Source: Candidatus Nitrosomaritimum aestuariumsis (GTDB lineage: Archaea; Thermoproteota; Nitrososphaeria; Nitrososphaerales; Nitrosopumilaceae). From it: a stretch of DNA of 52,801 nt. The notes beneath the pieces were generated by a model that did not search any database, was not told where the DNA came from, and saw only the letters and a list, made by a program, of their open reading frames with translations. Within the stretch, counting starts at the first letter, position 1. Each line of letters begins with the position of its first letter. The position numbers were made by a program, and so were the translations under genes. The DNA lies in NCBI GenBank assembly GCA_013867335.1, contig JACEMX010000136.1:1-52801 (forward strand), given 5' to 3'. Shown here piece after piece: positions 9,461 to 18,114 of the stretch.

Positions 9461-10384
9461 ATGAGATCAAAAATAACAGTTGTAGCACCCTCCTCTACTG
9501 CAAATTTAGGTCCAGGGTTTGATGTATTTGGATTGGCAGTAAATGCCTTTTATGATGAAATTACCTTGACAAAAACAAAAGAAAAGAAAGTCAGTATAGT
9601 TACTGCCGATGAAATACCAACTAATCCTGATAAGAATACAGCCGGTTTAGTCGTTAAAAATATGATTAAAAAATTTCGGACGAAGGATGGAATTGAAATT
9701 AAAATTAAGAAAAATGTTCCTGCAGGATATGGAATGGGAAGCAGTGCAGCCTCAGCTGCTGCAGCTGCAGTAGGATTTGACAAATTGTATGGCCTTAAAC
9801 TAGATGACAATTCACTTGTAGAATTTGCAGGTATTGGTGAAAAAGCCAGTGCAGGTTCAATTCATTATGATAATGTTGCAGCTTCAGTTTTAGGCGGATT
9901 TGTAATTGTAAAAACCAATCCTTTGAATATAATCAAAATAGACCCACCAACCAATCTTCGTATGTGTATAGCTGTTCCAAAGCTAAAGGTTCCAAAAAAG
10001 AAAACCAAAGTTTCCAGAGGAGTAATCCCAAAAAAAATTAGTCTAAAAGATAGTATTGTAAATTTATCCAATGCTACTGCAATTGTTGCTGGATTCATGA
10101 ATAAGGATGCAAAATTAATTGGTACTTCAATACAAGATGTGATTGTTGAACCTGCAAGACAACATATGATTCCAGGTTTTAAGAAGGTAAAAGAAAATGC
10201 GCTAAAAGCTGGTGCTCTAGGAGTGACAATTAGTGGTGCAGGACCATCCGTGATTGCTTTTTCTGAAAGGTCTGCAGATCTTAAAAAGATAAGTTTGGCC
10301 ATGACTAGAGGTTTTAAATCCTCAAAAACCAGGTGTGAAACAATTATTTGCAAACCAAGTGTTGGTGCCAAAATTAAAAAATAA
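9461..10384 (+). CDS. thrB: Homoserine kinase (GHMP kinase family)
   Basis: ANLGPGFD near the N-terminus and the GHMP motif PAGYGMGSSAASAAA. The start abuts the stop of the previous gene. Confidence 0.85.
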   Translation: MRSKITVVAPSSTANLGPGFDVFGLAVNAFYDEITLTKTKEKKVSIVTADEIPTNPDKNTAGLVVKNMIKKFRTKDGIEIKIKKNVPAGYGMGSSAASAAAAAVGFDKLYGLKLDDNSLVEFAGIGEKASAGSIHYDNVAASVLGGFVIVKTNPLNIIKIDPPTNLRMCIAVPKLKVPKKKTKVSRGVIPKKISLKDSIVNLSNATAIVAGFMNKDAKLIGTSIQDVIVEPARQHMIPGFKKVKENALKAGALGVTISGAGPSVIAFSERSADLKKISLAMTRGFKSSKTRCETIICKPSVGAKIKK

Positions 10385-10399
10385 TTTGGAGAAAATTAA

Positions 10400-11074
10400 A
10401 TGAAAAAAGCAGTGATAGTATTTAGTGGTGGAATAGATTCTGTCTGTGTTGCATCCTATTTGAAATCAAAATATGAGTTATATGGGATTTCATTTTCGTA
10501 TGGTCAAAAAGCCAATAGAGAAATTATTGCTGCAAAATCTTTTGCAAAAAAATTAGGGTTAAAACAGCACAAAATTGTCGATATTAGTTTCATGAAGCAG
10601 CTTTACGGAAATTCAAATGTGTTAACTAGCTCAAAAAAGAAGATTCCAAGCAAATTTGATTATTCAATTGTGGTTCCAATTAGAAATGCAGTTTTTCTTT
10701 CCATTGCATCTGCATGGGCATTTACTCTTAATGCCAAGTTAGTTGCATATGGAGCCCATACTGGAGACAAGAATTATCCTGATTGTAGGCCTATTTTTTC
10801 AAAAAAATTAGAATCCTCCTTTAATGAGGGAGAAATTGATGGAATCAAAAAGGGTTTGAGACAAAAGATAGAAGTGTGGTCTCCATACAAAGGAGGTCTT
10901 TCAAAAAGTGATTTGCTAAAAATAGGTTACAAAGCTATTGGAGATACCATTTTCAAAACTTGGAGTTGTTATTCCAGTGGGAAATATCACTGTGGTACAT
11001 GTGAGTCTTGTAATAATAGAAAAATTGCTTTTGAAAAATCTGGAATTAAAGATAAAACAAAGTATGCAAAATGA
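10400..11074 (+). CDS. queC: 7-cyano-7-deazaguanine (preQ0) synthase
   Basis: PP-loop SGGIDS at the N-terminus and a C-terminal Zn-Cys cluster (WSCY...CGTCESCNNR). Confidence 0.85.
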   Translation: MKKAVIVFSGGIDSVCVASYLKSKYELYGISFSYGQKANREIIAAKSFAKKLGLKQHKIVDISFMKQLYGNSNVLTSSKKKIPSKFDYSIVVPIRNAVFLSIASAWAFTLNAKLVAYGAHTGDKNYPDCRPIFSKKLESSFNEGEIDGIKKGLRQKIEVWSPYKGGLSKSDLLKIGYKAIGDTIFKTWSCYSSGKYHCGTCESCNNRKIAFEKSGIKDKTKYAK

Positions 11075-11323
11075 TTAGTAACGATTTTGAAGAATCTTCT
11101 TTTTTAGTACAAGACCACGTATGATGACATACCAAATTAGAAAGCATGCTCCAAATGTTCCAGTTAATATCCAATTTCCTATTTCTGGGGATACATCAAA
11201 AGATTCAGCAACCTTGAATGAAACTGCAAATGAAATTACTATTACAATCACAGCTTCAATTGTATACCAAATCCAGTTTGGGAATGACTCGTTTGGGATA
11301 TGGATATTGTCGTGAGCAACCAT
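11075..11323 (-). CDS. Small two-TM membrane protein, unknown function
   Basis: 82-aa ORF with two hydrophobic helices, zero-gap convergent with queC. Confidence 0.5.
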   Translation of the reverse strand: MVAHDNIHIPNESFPNWIWYTIEAVIVIVISFAVSFKVAESFDVSPEIGNWILTGTFGACFLIWYVIIRGLVLKKKILQNRY

Positions 11324-11363
11324 AGATGCTGTTAAAAATAATGATTATTTAATTTTTGAGATC

Positions 11364-11921
11364 CTAAAATGAAGAAGTTGAGGGACGTTTCCTTATCATT
11401 GCCATAATGCTTTCTTTTTCTTCCTTATTTTCAAAAATTCCTCTATAAGCAGATGAAGTCAGAGTAGCATCGTTTCGTACTCCCCTCATTCGCATACACA
11501 AATGTTCAGCATCTGCAACCACTACAACTCCTTTTACTCCTTGAGAAAATAATTCATCAGCTATGTTTTTTGTTAGTCGTTCTTGAATTTGAAGTCTTTT
11601 TGAATATTTTTCTACTAATCGTACTAATTTGGAAATTCCAAAAACCCTTCCGTTTGGAGAATAGGCAATGTGGATTTTACCAAAAAATGGTAACATGTGG
11701 TGTTCACACATTGAGTAAAATTGAATATCTCTGGCTACAACGGTATCAGAATCTTCTGAAAATTGTACGGACAATTCAGAGTCAGATTCGTAGCCACCAA
11801 AAATTTCTTGGTACATTTGGCCTATTCGGGCTGGAGTATCTTTTAGACCCTCTCTTGTAGGGTCTTCTCCTATTTCTATAATTAATTCTCTGACCAGTTT
11901 TTTAACACGTTCTTGATCCAT
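11364..11921 (-). CDS. folE: GTP cyclohydrolase I (type 1)
   Basis: Zn-site motif CEHHMLPF and length of about 185 aa. Confidence 0.9.
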   Translation of the reverse strand: MDQERVKKLVRELIIEIGEDPTREGLKDTPARIGQMYQEIFGGYESDSELSVQFSEDSDTVVARDIQFYSMCEHHMLPFFGKIHIAYSPNGRVFGISKLVRLVEKYSKRLQIQERLTKNIADELFSQGVKGVVVVADAEHLCMRMRGVRNDATLTSSAYRGIFENKEEKESIMAMIRKRPSTSSF

Positions 11922-11985
11922 TGGATAATCTGAGAGAAATTTTCTAGTATTTGAACCTAATCAGTTTTTTTACGTAGTGGTAATT

Positions 11986-12699
11986 TTATGGGGCTCCCAT
12001 GAATTTGTGTAACTGAGGCACCACTTTTACTTCATTGTAAAATGGATAGACAGTATCATACATTTCTAGAAGTAGATCTAAGGAGGGTTCTGCAATTCCA
12101 TAGGTTGGTTGTATTACAAATCCGTTAATTTGATTTTTAGAAATAGAATTGAAAATGGTTGTAACTAAATTAGTAAAGTCATTGAGATTTGTTTTAGAGC
12201 TTACAACTATTTTGATGTAAGTAATTTTTTTTGTCGATACAGAAGATTTAAGACATTCTATTGCATTTGTGATTAATTTTTCATAGTGTTCAGAATCAAC
12301 AAACTCAGAATCTTTAGTTTTAAATTCAATCTTGACAATATCGATAAATGGAAGAACATGATCAAACTTTTTTGAATCAAAGCAAGATGACTCAAGATAT
12401 GTAGGAATTTTTTTGCTTTGAACGTGTTTAGCCAGTTCTGCTACGGCTTGATATTGGAGTAAGGGATCTCCACCTGTAAAATTAACTTTGTATGTTTGCT
12501 TTATTAGATTTGAATCAATAAGATTACATGCTTCATCTAGATTGTATTCAGTACCAGAATCAAGTGGCAAGGATTCTTTAGTATCACAATAAAAACAGGT
12601 AAAGGGACACCCTGCCAATCTTACAAAAAGAGTTTTTGTTCCGTAAAGAATTCCTTCTCCTTCTACTGAGGTAAAAATTTCAAATAATCTTACTTTCAA
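11986..12699 (-). CDS. queE: 7-carboxy-7-deazaguanine synthase (radical SAM)
   Basis: Radical-SAM cluster C-x3-C-x2-C near the N-terminus (AGCPFTCFYCDT), size of about 237 aa, and neighbourhood with queC and folE. Confidence 0.8.
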   Translation of the reverse strand: MKVRLFEIFTSVEGEGILYGTKTLFVRLAGCPFTCFYCDTKESLPLDSGTEYNLDEACNLIDSNLIKQTYKVNFTGGDPLLQYQAVAELAKHVQSKKIPTYLESSCFDSKKFDHVLPFIDIVKIEFKTKDSEFVDSEHYEKLITNAIECLKSSVSTKKITYIKIVVSSKTNLNDFTNLVTTIFNSISKNQINGFVIQPTYGIAEPSLDLLLEMYDTVYPFYNEVKVVPQLHKFMGAP

Positions 12700-12743
12700 G
12701 CAATAGATGTAATTTTTTTCATTATTTATTCAATGGGCTTTTG

Positions 12744-12944
12744 TTATTGTATTACAGGTTCTTTTGCATAGAACAGTCCTGATATGAAAAATACAACGCC
12801 TAAAATTCCAATAAGACTTCCCACAAATTCAACGGTATTTTGCATTTCTCCTTCTAAAGGAGCCCATAACCATGCCATCAAAGCTCCAACTACTATCATT
12901 GGAATTCCCACTCCGACAGTAATTTGTTTAGAAGCCATGCTCAA
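12744..12944 (-). CDS. Small two-TM membrane protein
   Basis: 66-aa ORF with two hydrophobic helices, directly downstream of the 12987-15304 operon. Confidence 0.45.
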   Translation of the reverse strand: MSMASKQITVGVGIPMIVVGALMAWLWAPLEGEMQNTVEFVGSLIGILGVVFFISGLFYAKEPVIQ

Positions 12945-12986
12945 TGCTGTTTGGAAAATGTATATGAAGTTTATGATAAATTGTGA

Positions 12987-13973
12987 CTAGATTTGAATCT
13001 GATCAAGGGTTACTGTGATTGATCTTAGAAGTTCGTTTGCTTCTTCAAAATCACTTTTTGAAATACTGGTCCTTATTTCTTGAAGAGATTCTTTCAATTC
13101 CATAACGGTGTTTTCATCTACTTCAGAATCTGACAAGGTATTCAATGTTGTTTCAATTTGCATAACTCTTAATTCAAGAAGTTTATTCTCTGTAAGTTCA
13201 AATTGCTGTTGAAGTAGCATGATATTTCTGACTTGTTTTATTACCTCAGATGGGTTAGATGCTATCGAAAGATTTTCTCTGGCAGATTCTAATTTTTCAA
13301 TAATTTCCTTAGATGTCCCAGTGTTTTGAGAATGCTCAATTAATCTGTCAATTTGTTTTAGATATTTTTGGGCAAACATTTGAGCACGAGTAAGTTGTTT
13401 TTGTGAAGCCTGTTCACGGAGTTCTGCGTTGATTTCTATAATAGATTGTTTAATTTCATGTATTGTTTCTGAGGCTTGACTGTACTGATTATTTTGAATT
13501 TGATCTTTGGCAGTTACAAACAATCCATCCAGAGAAGTAAAGTCTATCTGAGAGTTGTGATTCTTAGCAATGTTCTTTAAATTATTTACATATGTATACA
13601 GTCTTAGAAGATCATTTGAGGGGTTTACAGTAGATTTGTTGGTTGCTTGAGTTTGTGAGTTTTGAGTTGTTAATTGTCGTGAAACTTCACTAAAGATCTT
13701 CATTGCTGATAGAAAATCTTCTTTTGCAGACGTAATGTCATTATTTGAAATAGACGTTTCTAAAGATGAAACCTTGTTTTTGCCTTGTTGAAATAATTCT
13801 TGTAATGTTAGGGAAGTGTCGTCAGTGATTTGTTTTTGAATTTGATCTTGAGCTCTTTTAGCTATTTTAACTAAAATTTCAGGGTCATTTTGGGCATATA
13901 CAGGGTTGGTTATGCCACCTACGGCTAAACTTACCACTAAAATTAGTAATCCCAGAATTTTTATTGATTTCAT
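12987..13973 (-). CDS. Secreted all-alpha/coiled-coil Gln/Asn/Ser-rich protein
   Basis: Signal peptide (ILGLLILVVSLAVGGITNPVYA) followed by long heptad-like helical sequence. The start overlaps the upstream stop by 4 nt (ATGA), suggesting translational coupling. Confidence 0.65.
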   Translation of the reverse strand: MKSIKILGLLILVVSLAVGGITNPVYAQNDPEILVKIAKRAQDQIQKQITDDTSLTLQELFQQGKNKVSSLETSISNNDITSAKEDFLSAMKIFSEVSRQLTTQNSQTQATNKSTVNPSNDLLRLYTYVNNLKNIAKNHNSQIDFTSLDGLFVTAKDQIQNNQYSQASETIHEIKQSIIEINAELREQASQKQLTRAQMFAQKYLKQIDRLIEHSQNTGTSKEIIEKLESARENLSIASNPSEVIKQVRNIMLLQQQFELTENKLLELRVMQIETTLNTLSDSEVDENTVMELKESLQEIRTSISKSDFEEANELLRSITVTLDQIQI

Positions 13974-14998
13974 TCTTCTTCCTCCAAATCTTCTCTCAGA
14001 GTAACAAGATTCTGCAAGTCTTTTTTGGTAATTTCAATTACTCCTAGTCTTTCTAATCGTTTTACGGCTCTCCACATTGTTGTTCTTGGCTGAAGGAATT
14101 TTTTTCTTAATTCACTTTCAAAAACCTGTCCACCATTTTCAGAGATAAATTTTATAATTTTTTTATCATCTTCTCGCATATCTGGTCTGTATTCGAAGAT
14201 TTTTTGTGGATCTACAGATTTTTCTTTGGGTGGTTGTTCTGGTGTAACTTCCTCTTGAATTGTTTTGGAAGTTTTAGTTCTGTTTTTCTTTATGACTATT
14301 GATGCTCCGGCAATTCCTGCTGCTGCGATTGTTCCGACAATAATTGGTATTGTATAGTCTTCTGTAGCAGGAGGTGTTGTGGAAGGTGGAGTATCAACAG
14401 GTAGAGGTGTACCAAGAATATAATTAATTTCAGTTGGGCCATTTGATAAGTCTAATTTAGTTTGTTCCTCCATAATTTCCATATTATTGGGAATTGTACT
14501 CATTCCAACAATAATAGAACCTGAGGGCATAAGAAGAGTGTAATCAGAAGGAGAATCAAATGAAAAAGTCCAAACTCTTCCTTCTTTAGAAATTAAATCA
14601 TGAATATCATAGTCAACAGTAATGCTTGATGAGCCCAAAGTATTGATGATAGCTTTATTTTCTATTACTTCACTTGAAAGTAAAAATCCATCTTCAGCTA
14701 CTGCGACAAAGTTATCAACTGATGGACCAAACAAGTCAATCTGAAAATCAGGTGATAATGTATCTACGTCAATTTGAGTAGAAATGTGTGTAGAACCATC
14801 TGAATACATGATTAAATCTAGAGTTCTAGTAGAGCTGAATGAGGTCTGTAGTGGCATCCCAATGGCCATAACTATTAAGCCAGCAAGAATTAGGGGGGTC
14901 CTAAGCATTGTATTGACGATACCTTCAGTCCTTACAAAAAGCATTCCATCATCTACGAGAGGTTCTTTCCTATGAAATGGTACGATTTCGGGGTTCAA
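13970..14998 (-). CDS. Membrane-spanning one-component regulator: TM, ~165-aa extracytoplasmic beta-rich domain, TM, cytoplasmic winged-helix
   Basis: Hydrophobic helices at about aa 33-50 and 215-235, with a Pro/Thr linker before the second. The C-terminal wHTH-like segment is IIKFISENGGQVFESELRKKFLQPRTTMWRAVKRLERLGVIEI. Confidence 0.6.
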   Translation of the reverse strand: MNPEIVPFHRKEPLVDDGMLFVRTEGIVNTMLRTPLILAGLIVMAIGMPLQTSFSSTRTLDLIMYSDGSTHISTQIDVDTLSPDFQIDLFGPSVDNFVAVAEDGFLLSSEVIENKAIINTLGSSSITVDYDIHDLISKEGRVWTFSFDSPSDYTLLMPSGSIIVGMSTIPNNMEIMEEQTKLDLSNGPTEINYILGTPLPVDTPPSTTPPATEDYTIPIIVGTIAAAGIAGASIVIKKNRTKTSKTIQEEVTPEQPPKEKSVDPQKIFEYRPDMREDDKKIIKFISENGGQVFESELRKKFLQPRTTMWRAVKRLERLGVIEITKKDLQNLVTLREDLEEEE

Positions 14999-15001
14999 TG
15001 G

Positions 15002-15304
15002 TTAATACCTTAAATTCATGCTTTCTACGAGTCCCTGGAATCTCTTAAATTCCTGAAAAAATTGAAGTCCTTTTTCAGTTATCAAAAAGACTCTATTTCT
15101 ATCGTTTTTGACGGATTCGACTAAGCCAGCTTCTACCAGTTTCTCACATTTGTCTAGTACTGCATAGTGAGATAGGTTGGCTTTGCGAGATATTGCAGAT
15201 ATAATGATTCCTTCACGACCACCGTTTGCGGTAACGTCTAGGATATCACCCATTATGCCCATTTCGGACCTGTATTGTTGTTTTGACATGCTAAAGTATA
15301 GCAA
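15002..15304 (-). CDS. Small archaeal winged-helix DNA-binding protein (HTH_45-like)
   Basis: GIMGDILDV...ISRKANLSHYAVLDKCEKLVEAGLVE...FLITEKGLQFFQEF fits the small archaeal wHTH family. The ORF opens at TTG 15304, but ATG 15289 is more likely given the TATA-like box at 15321-15328. Confidence 0.65.
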   Translation of the reverse strand: MLYFSMSKQQYRSEMGIMGDILDVTANGGREGIIISAISRKANLSHYAVLDKCEKLVEAGLVESVKNDRNRVFLITEKGLQFFQEFKRFQGLVESMNLRY

Positions 15305-15320
15305 TAGTTTGTTTATGAGG

Positions 15321-15328
15321 AATATTTT
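15321..15328 (-). promoter_or_regulatory. TATA-like box for the wHTH operon
   Basis: Reads AAAATATT on the minus strand, 32 nt upstream of ATG 15289. Confidence 0.3.
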
Positions 15329-15336
15329 GAAACTTC

Positions 15337-15360
15337 AAAGCGGAACACAAAGCGGAACAC
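15337..15360. repeat. Perfect tandem 12-mer AAAGCGGAACAC x2 (GTGTTCCGCTTT x2 on the gene strand)
   Basis: Read directly from the sequence. It is GC-richer than its surroundings and lies immediately upstream of the TATA-like box of the minus-strand wHTH operon. Confidence 0.9.
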
Positions 15361-15603
15361 CAAATTGATATCAAAAAATGATGAATTTCAGAGATTTTTG
15401 TTGGGGGAGGAAAAATTAGAAGTTTTTTGTGCCTATATTTTTGATACAAAATTCCGTATTTTTTCAAAAAATTATGAAAAATAGATTTTTGGTAAAATTA
15501 AGAAAAATAGATGATTTTCTTCCTGTTTTTGTGATTTTTTGTATATTAGGAACAGGACGTTTCATTACCATTCCTAAACTATAATTCGAGTTATTGACTT
15601 GCA

Positions 15604-16284
15604 ATGAGAAAATTCCAGAATAATACCATCAGAGTAGTGGCAATGTTGGTGATGTTATCAACAGCATCGTTAGGAGTAAGCTACTCTCATGCAGAAAGTG
15701 AAGAAAATCTACAATTTGAAGAAATTCAACATGATCTTCCAGATAATTTGCCTTCAGATGAGATTAGAACCATTCTGACTGAAAGAATGGTAGATGGGAA
15801 ATTAGAAGTTATGGAGTTAGTTTTACCAAAAGATACCAGTGATGAGGACTTGAAGCGAATTCTTTCTTTGGAAGATACATCTGGTTGGTCATACCTGAAA
15901 TACAAGGCATACCAATCAGGAATAGTTCTTTTTGATGGAAAAGTTTCCAAAATTGGGGATAAATATTGGAAAATTTCCGTAAATGGGACTTTGAATTTAT
16001 CCGAGGGGAAATTGGATCTCAAATTGAGTGGAAAATCTAATAGTTCTGATACCAAATTTACTAAGAGTCCATCCCAAGAGAATCTGGATTATCGAGTCAT
16101 ATTTTCTGGTAAAATGACCGAATCTGACAAAGAAAATGTATTTGCCTATGCATTTATGAATTCCAGTCAGAGTCCTGAAGTGAATCAGAATTTCAAACTT
16201 CTGCAATTTGGAAATTTAACCTCTGAATCGATGAAAACTCCGGAGTATGATCAAAAGGTTAGAAATTCAGGTTTGGTAATATAA
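15604..16284 (+). CDS. Secreted protein of unknown function
   Basis: Signal peptide (VVAMLVMLSTASLGVSYSHA). Divergent from the wHTH operon. Confidence 0.6.
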   Translation: MRKFQNNTIRVVAMLVMLSTASLGVSYSHAESEENLQFEEIQHDLPDNLPSDEIRTILTERMVDGKLEVMELVLPKDTSDEDLKRILSLEDTSGWSYLKYKAYQSGIVLFDGKVSKIGDKYWKISVNGTLNLSEGKLDLKLSGKSNSSDTKFTKSPSQENLDYRVIFSGKMTESDKENVFAYAFMNSSQSPEVNQNFKLLQFGNLTSESMKTPEYDQKVRNSGLVI

Positions 16285-16290
16285 TTACCA

Positions 16291-16305
16291 TTTTTTTCTT
16301 TTTTT
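16291..16305 (+). terminator. Oligo-T archaeal terminator (T7-C-T7)
   Basis: TTTTTTTCTTTTTTT begins 7 nt after the stop of the 15604-16284 gene. Confidence 0.5.
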
Positions 16306-16385
16306 ATTAACAAAAAATCATTCATTGGGTCAGTTTTGAGTATACATAATAACTTTTTATTATAATTTTATAAAGAAATTATAAA

Positions 16386-16859
16386 TTGTTTGACAAGTTC
16401 AAAAATCAAGATGAAGGTGGGGAGATGGTAGAGGAAAAACCTTCCGAGTCTAAGGAAGAACCCAGGGCAGAGAGTCTCTCAGAGAATTCAAGCGATATTG
16501 GCATTGGAGATCTCATGAATAAGCGTGCGCAGTTAGATGAAGCAATTGATTATGTTGGTTTAATGATAAAAAATTTGAAGGATAAAAGGACAAGTTTGGA
16601 AAAGGATATCGAAGAAGAGTCCGTTGATATCAAAAATCTCAAAGAAAAATTAGAAAAAGTTAGTGCCTATATCGATGAAGAAAATCAAGGCATAAAGGAT
16701 CTGGCACGTAAACGGCAAGAGGTAGAAAATGAGGCCGATGAAGTGGGATCTTTGATCAATACTCTGAAAGATAAATTATCTGGTATTGATAGAATAGTAG
16801 ATAATGAAGGGGACAGAGTTAAGAAAATTAAAGAATCAAGAGAGTCATTAGAGTCTTAA
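16386..16859 (+). CDS. Acidic coiled-coil protein, unknown function
   Basis: Glu/Lys-rich heptad-like sequence. The ORF opens at TTG 16386 and the first in-frame ATG is at 16425. Convergent with the CdvB paralog. Confidence 0.5.
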   Translation: MFDKFKNQDEGGEMVEEKPSESKEEPRAESLSENSSDIGIGDLMNKRAQLDEAIDYVGLMIKNLKDKRTSLEKDIEEESVDIKNLKEKLEKVSAYIDEENQGIKDLARKRQEVENEADEVGSLINTLKDKLSGIDRIVDNEGDRVKKIKESRESLES

Positions 16860-16876
16860 TCTGGAAAAATTAAATT

Positions 16877-17524
16877 TTAATAAAATTTTGACGATGAAGT
16901 TTCTGTGGAACTAGTAGATGCTGGTACAGATGGGAACATGTCCCCGGCGGAATTTTCAGCAACTGCAGCTGCTTCTTGAAGGATTTTGTCTGATTCCATA
17001 TTTGTTGATTCATCAATTCCAAAGGCACCATCGCCAGCGAAACTTTCAGTCATAAATCCACCTAACATATCTGCCATTTGACCAATTTCTTGTTCTGCTC
17101 CAGGCATTATCTTTCCAAGAGAGGATTTCAGATTTTTCATCAATCCCATGGTTGGCATAATTGTCATCACAGTATCTCCAATGTCATTGGTTGTAGTCAA
17201 CCTTAATTCTATTCTTTCTAGAGCAATTCTCGCATTGCTTAAAATTTTTGTAACTTTCCTTACTTCAGCTAATTCATTTGATAAGACTTTACTTGTTTGA
17301 GTGTCATGTTTTTGAGTGGCCTCCACAATTCTTTGAAATAATTTACCATCTCGTTCTTGTAATTTGGTTAACATGTTATCTAACTTTGAAATTTGTAAAC
17401 TTAGTTTTTTGATTGCAGTCTGAACTCGAGGTTTGAGTGGACCTTTTGGTTTGATTAAATCATTGAATTTCTCAGATATGCTTGGCTGAGGTTGTTTAGT
17501 CCATTTATCCTTAAGTTGTGTCAA
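16877..17524 (-). CDS. cdvB: ESCRT-III / Snf7-family cell-division protein (CdvB paralog)
   Basis: Snf7-like helical hairpin core (AIKKLSLQISKLDNMLTKLQERDGKLFQRIVEA...LSNELAEVRKVTKILSNARIALERIELRL...MGLMKNLKSSLGKIMPGAEQEIGQMADML) followed by an acidic Ser/Pro tail. Confidence 0.75.
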   Translation of the reverse strand: MTQLKDKWTKQPQPSISEKFNDLIKPKGPLKPRVQTAIKKLSLQISKLDNMLTKLQERDGKLFQRIVEATQKHDTQTSKVLSNELAEVRKVTKILSNARIALERIELRLTTTNDIGDTVMTIMPTMGLMKNLKSSLGKIMPGAEQEIGQMADMLGGFMTESFAGDGAFGIDESTNMESDKILQEAAAVAENSAGDMFPSVPASTSSTETSSSKFY

Positions 17525-17680
17525 TAGTATTGATTTGAAAATTAATACTTAATTTCCTGTGTAAAAATTGCTTCACAGTAAACCAAATTTGGCTAACCAG
17601 AACAACATACGGTGAGTAATTTCAAGTTACTTAGGCTCGATTAGAAATTTATTTTTATTATTGCAATTCATTTTGTCTAG

Positions 17681-18112
17681 ATGAATAAAAAATTTCTAAT
17701 TATCCCTGTAGTGGTAATAATAATTATAATTATTGCTGTATCTCAAGGAACTGATTCTGATAAAAAAGATCAAACTGTTTTCCATGTAACACTGGCTGAC
17801 CCTGATCAATATAATGAAGGAGTGTATTCTGATAAATTTGAGTTAAATGAAGGAAACTATTCTTTCAGGTTTGTTCCGAACGGAGACAGCCCGCAGATTT
17901 TATCAATATCTTTGCAAGGGGAAGATTTTGATTTTGAGGAAGATTTCAAATTGAATGGTACATTACACGAAACGGGAATCTCTGAATATTATACATGGGA
18001 TTACAATGGAGAAAAATCCATTAGTGTTGCATCTTTTCAGGAAATTTTCATTCAGATCCATCCTAATGGAAATGTAATGGGAAGTGTATCAGTATATCTT
18101 ATTGAAAATTAA
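17681..18112 (+). CDS. Small secreted/anchored protein, unknown function
   Basis: N-terminal hydrophobic segment LIIPVVVIIIIIIAV followed by a ~115-aa soluble domain. Confidence 0.55.
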   Translation: MNKKFLIIPVVVIIIIIIAVSQGTDSDKKDQTVFHVTLADPDQYNEGVYSDKFELNEGNYSFRFVPNGDSPQILSISLQGEDFDFEEDFKLNGTLHETGISEYYTWDYNGEKSISVASFQEIFIQIHPNGNVMGSVSVYLIEN

Positions 18113-18114
18113 AA

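Noticed and set aside
9865-10371. 168-aa ORF antisense to thrB
   Set aside because: It lies fully inside a confidently identified homoserine kinase gene. Its Ala/Ile/Phe-rich composition is typical of an antisense read-through frame.
15337-15360. Tandem repeat as a possible CRISPR or mini-satellite
   Set aside because: There are only two 12-nt units with no spacers and no cas genes in the window. It is better explained as a protein-binding site.
15474-15587. 37-aa ORF (MKNRFLVKLRKIDDFLPVFVIFCILGTGRFITIPKL) in the divergent promoter region
   Set aside because: It lies in an AT-rich spacer with repeated promoter-like sequence and has no motif or other support.
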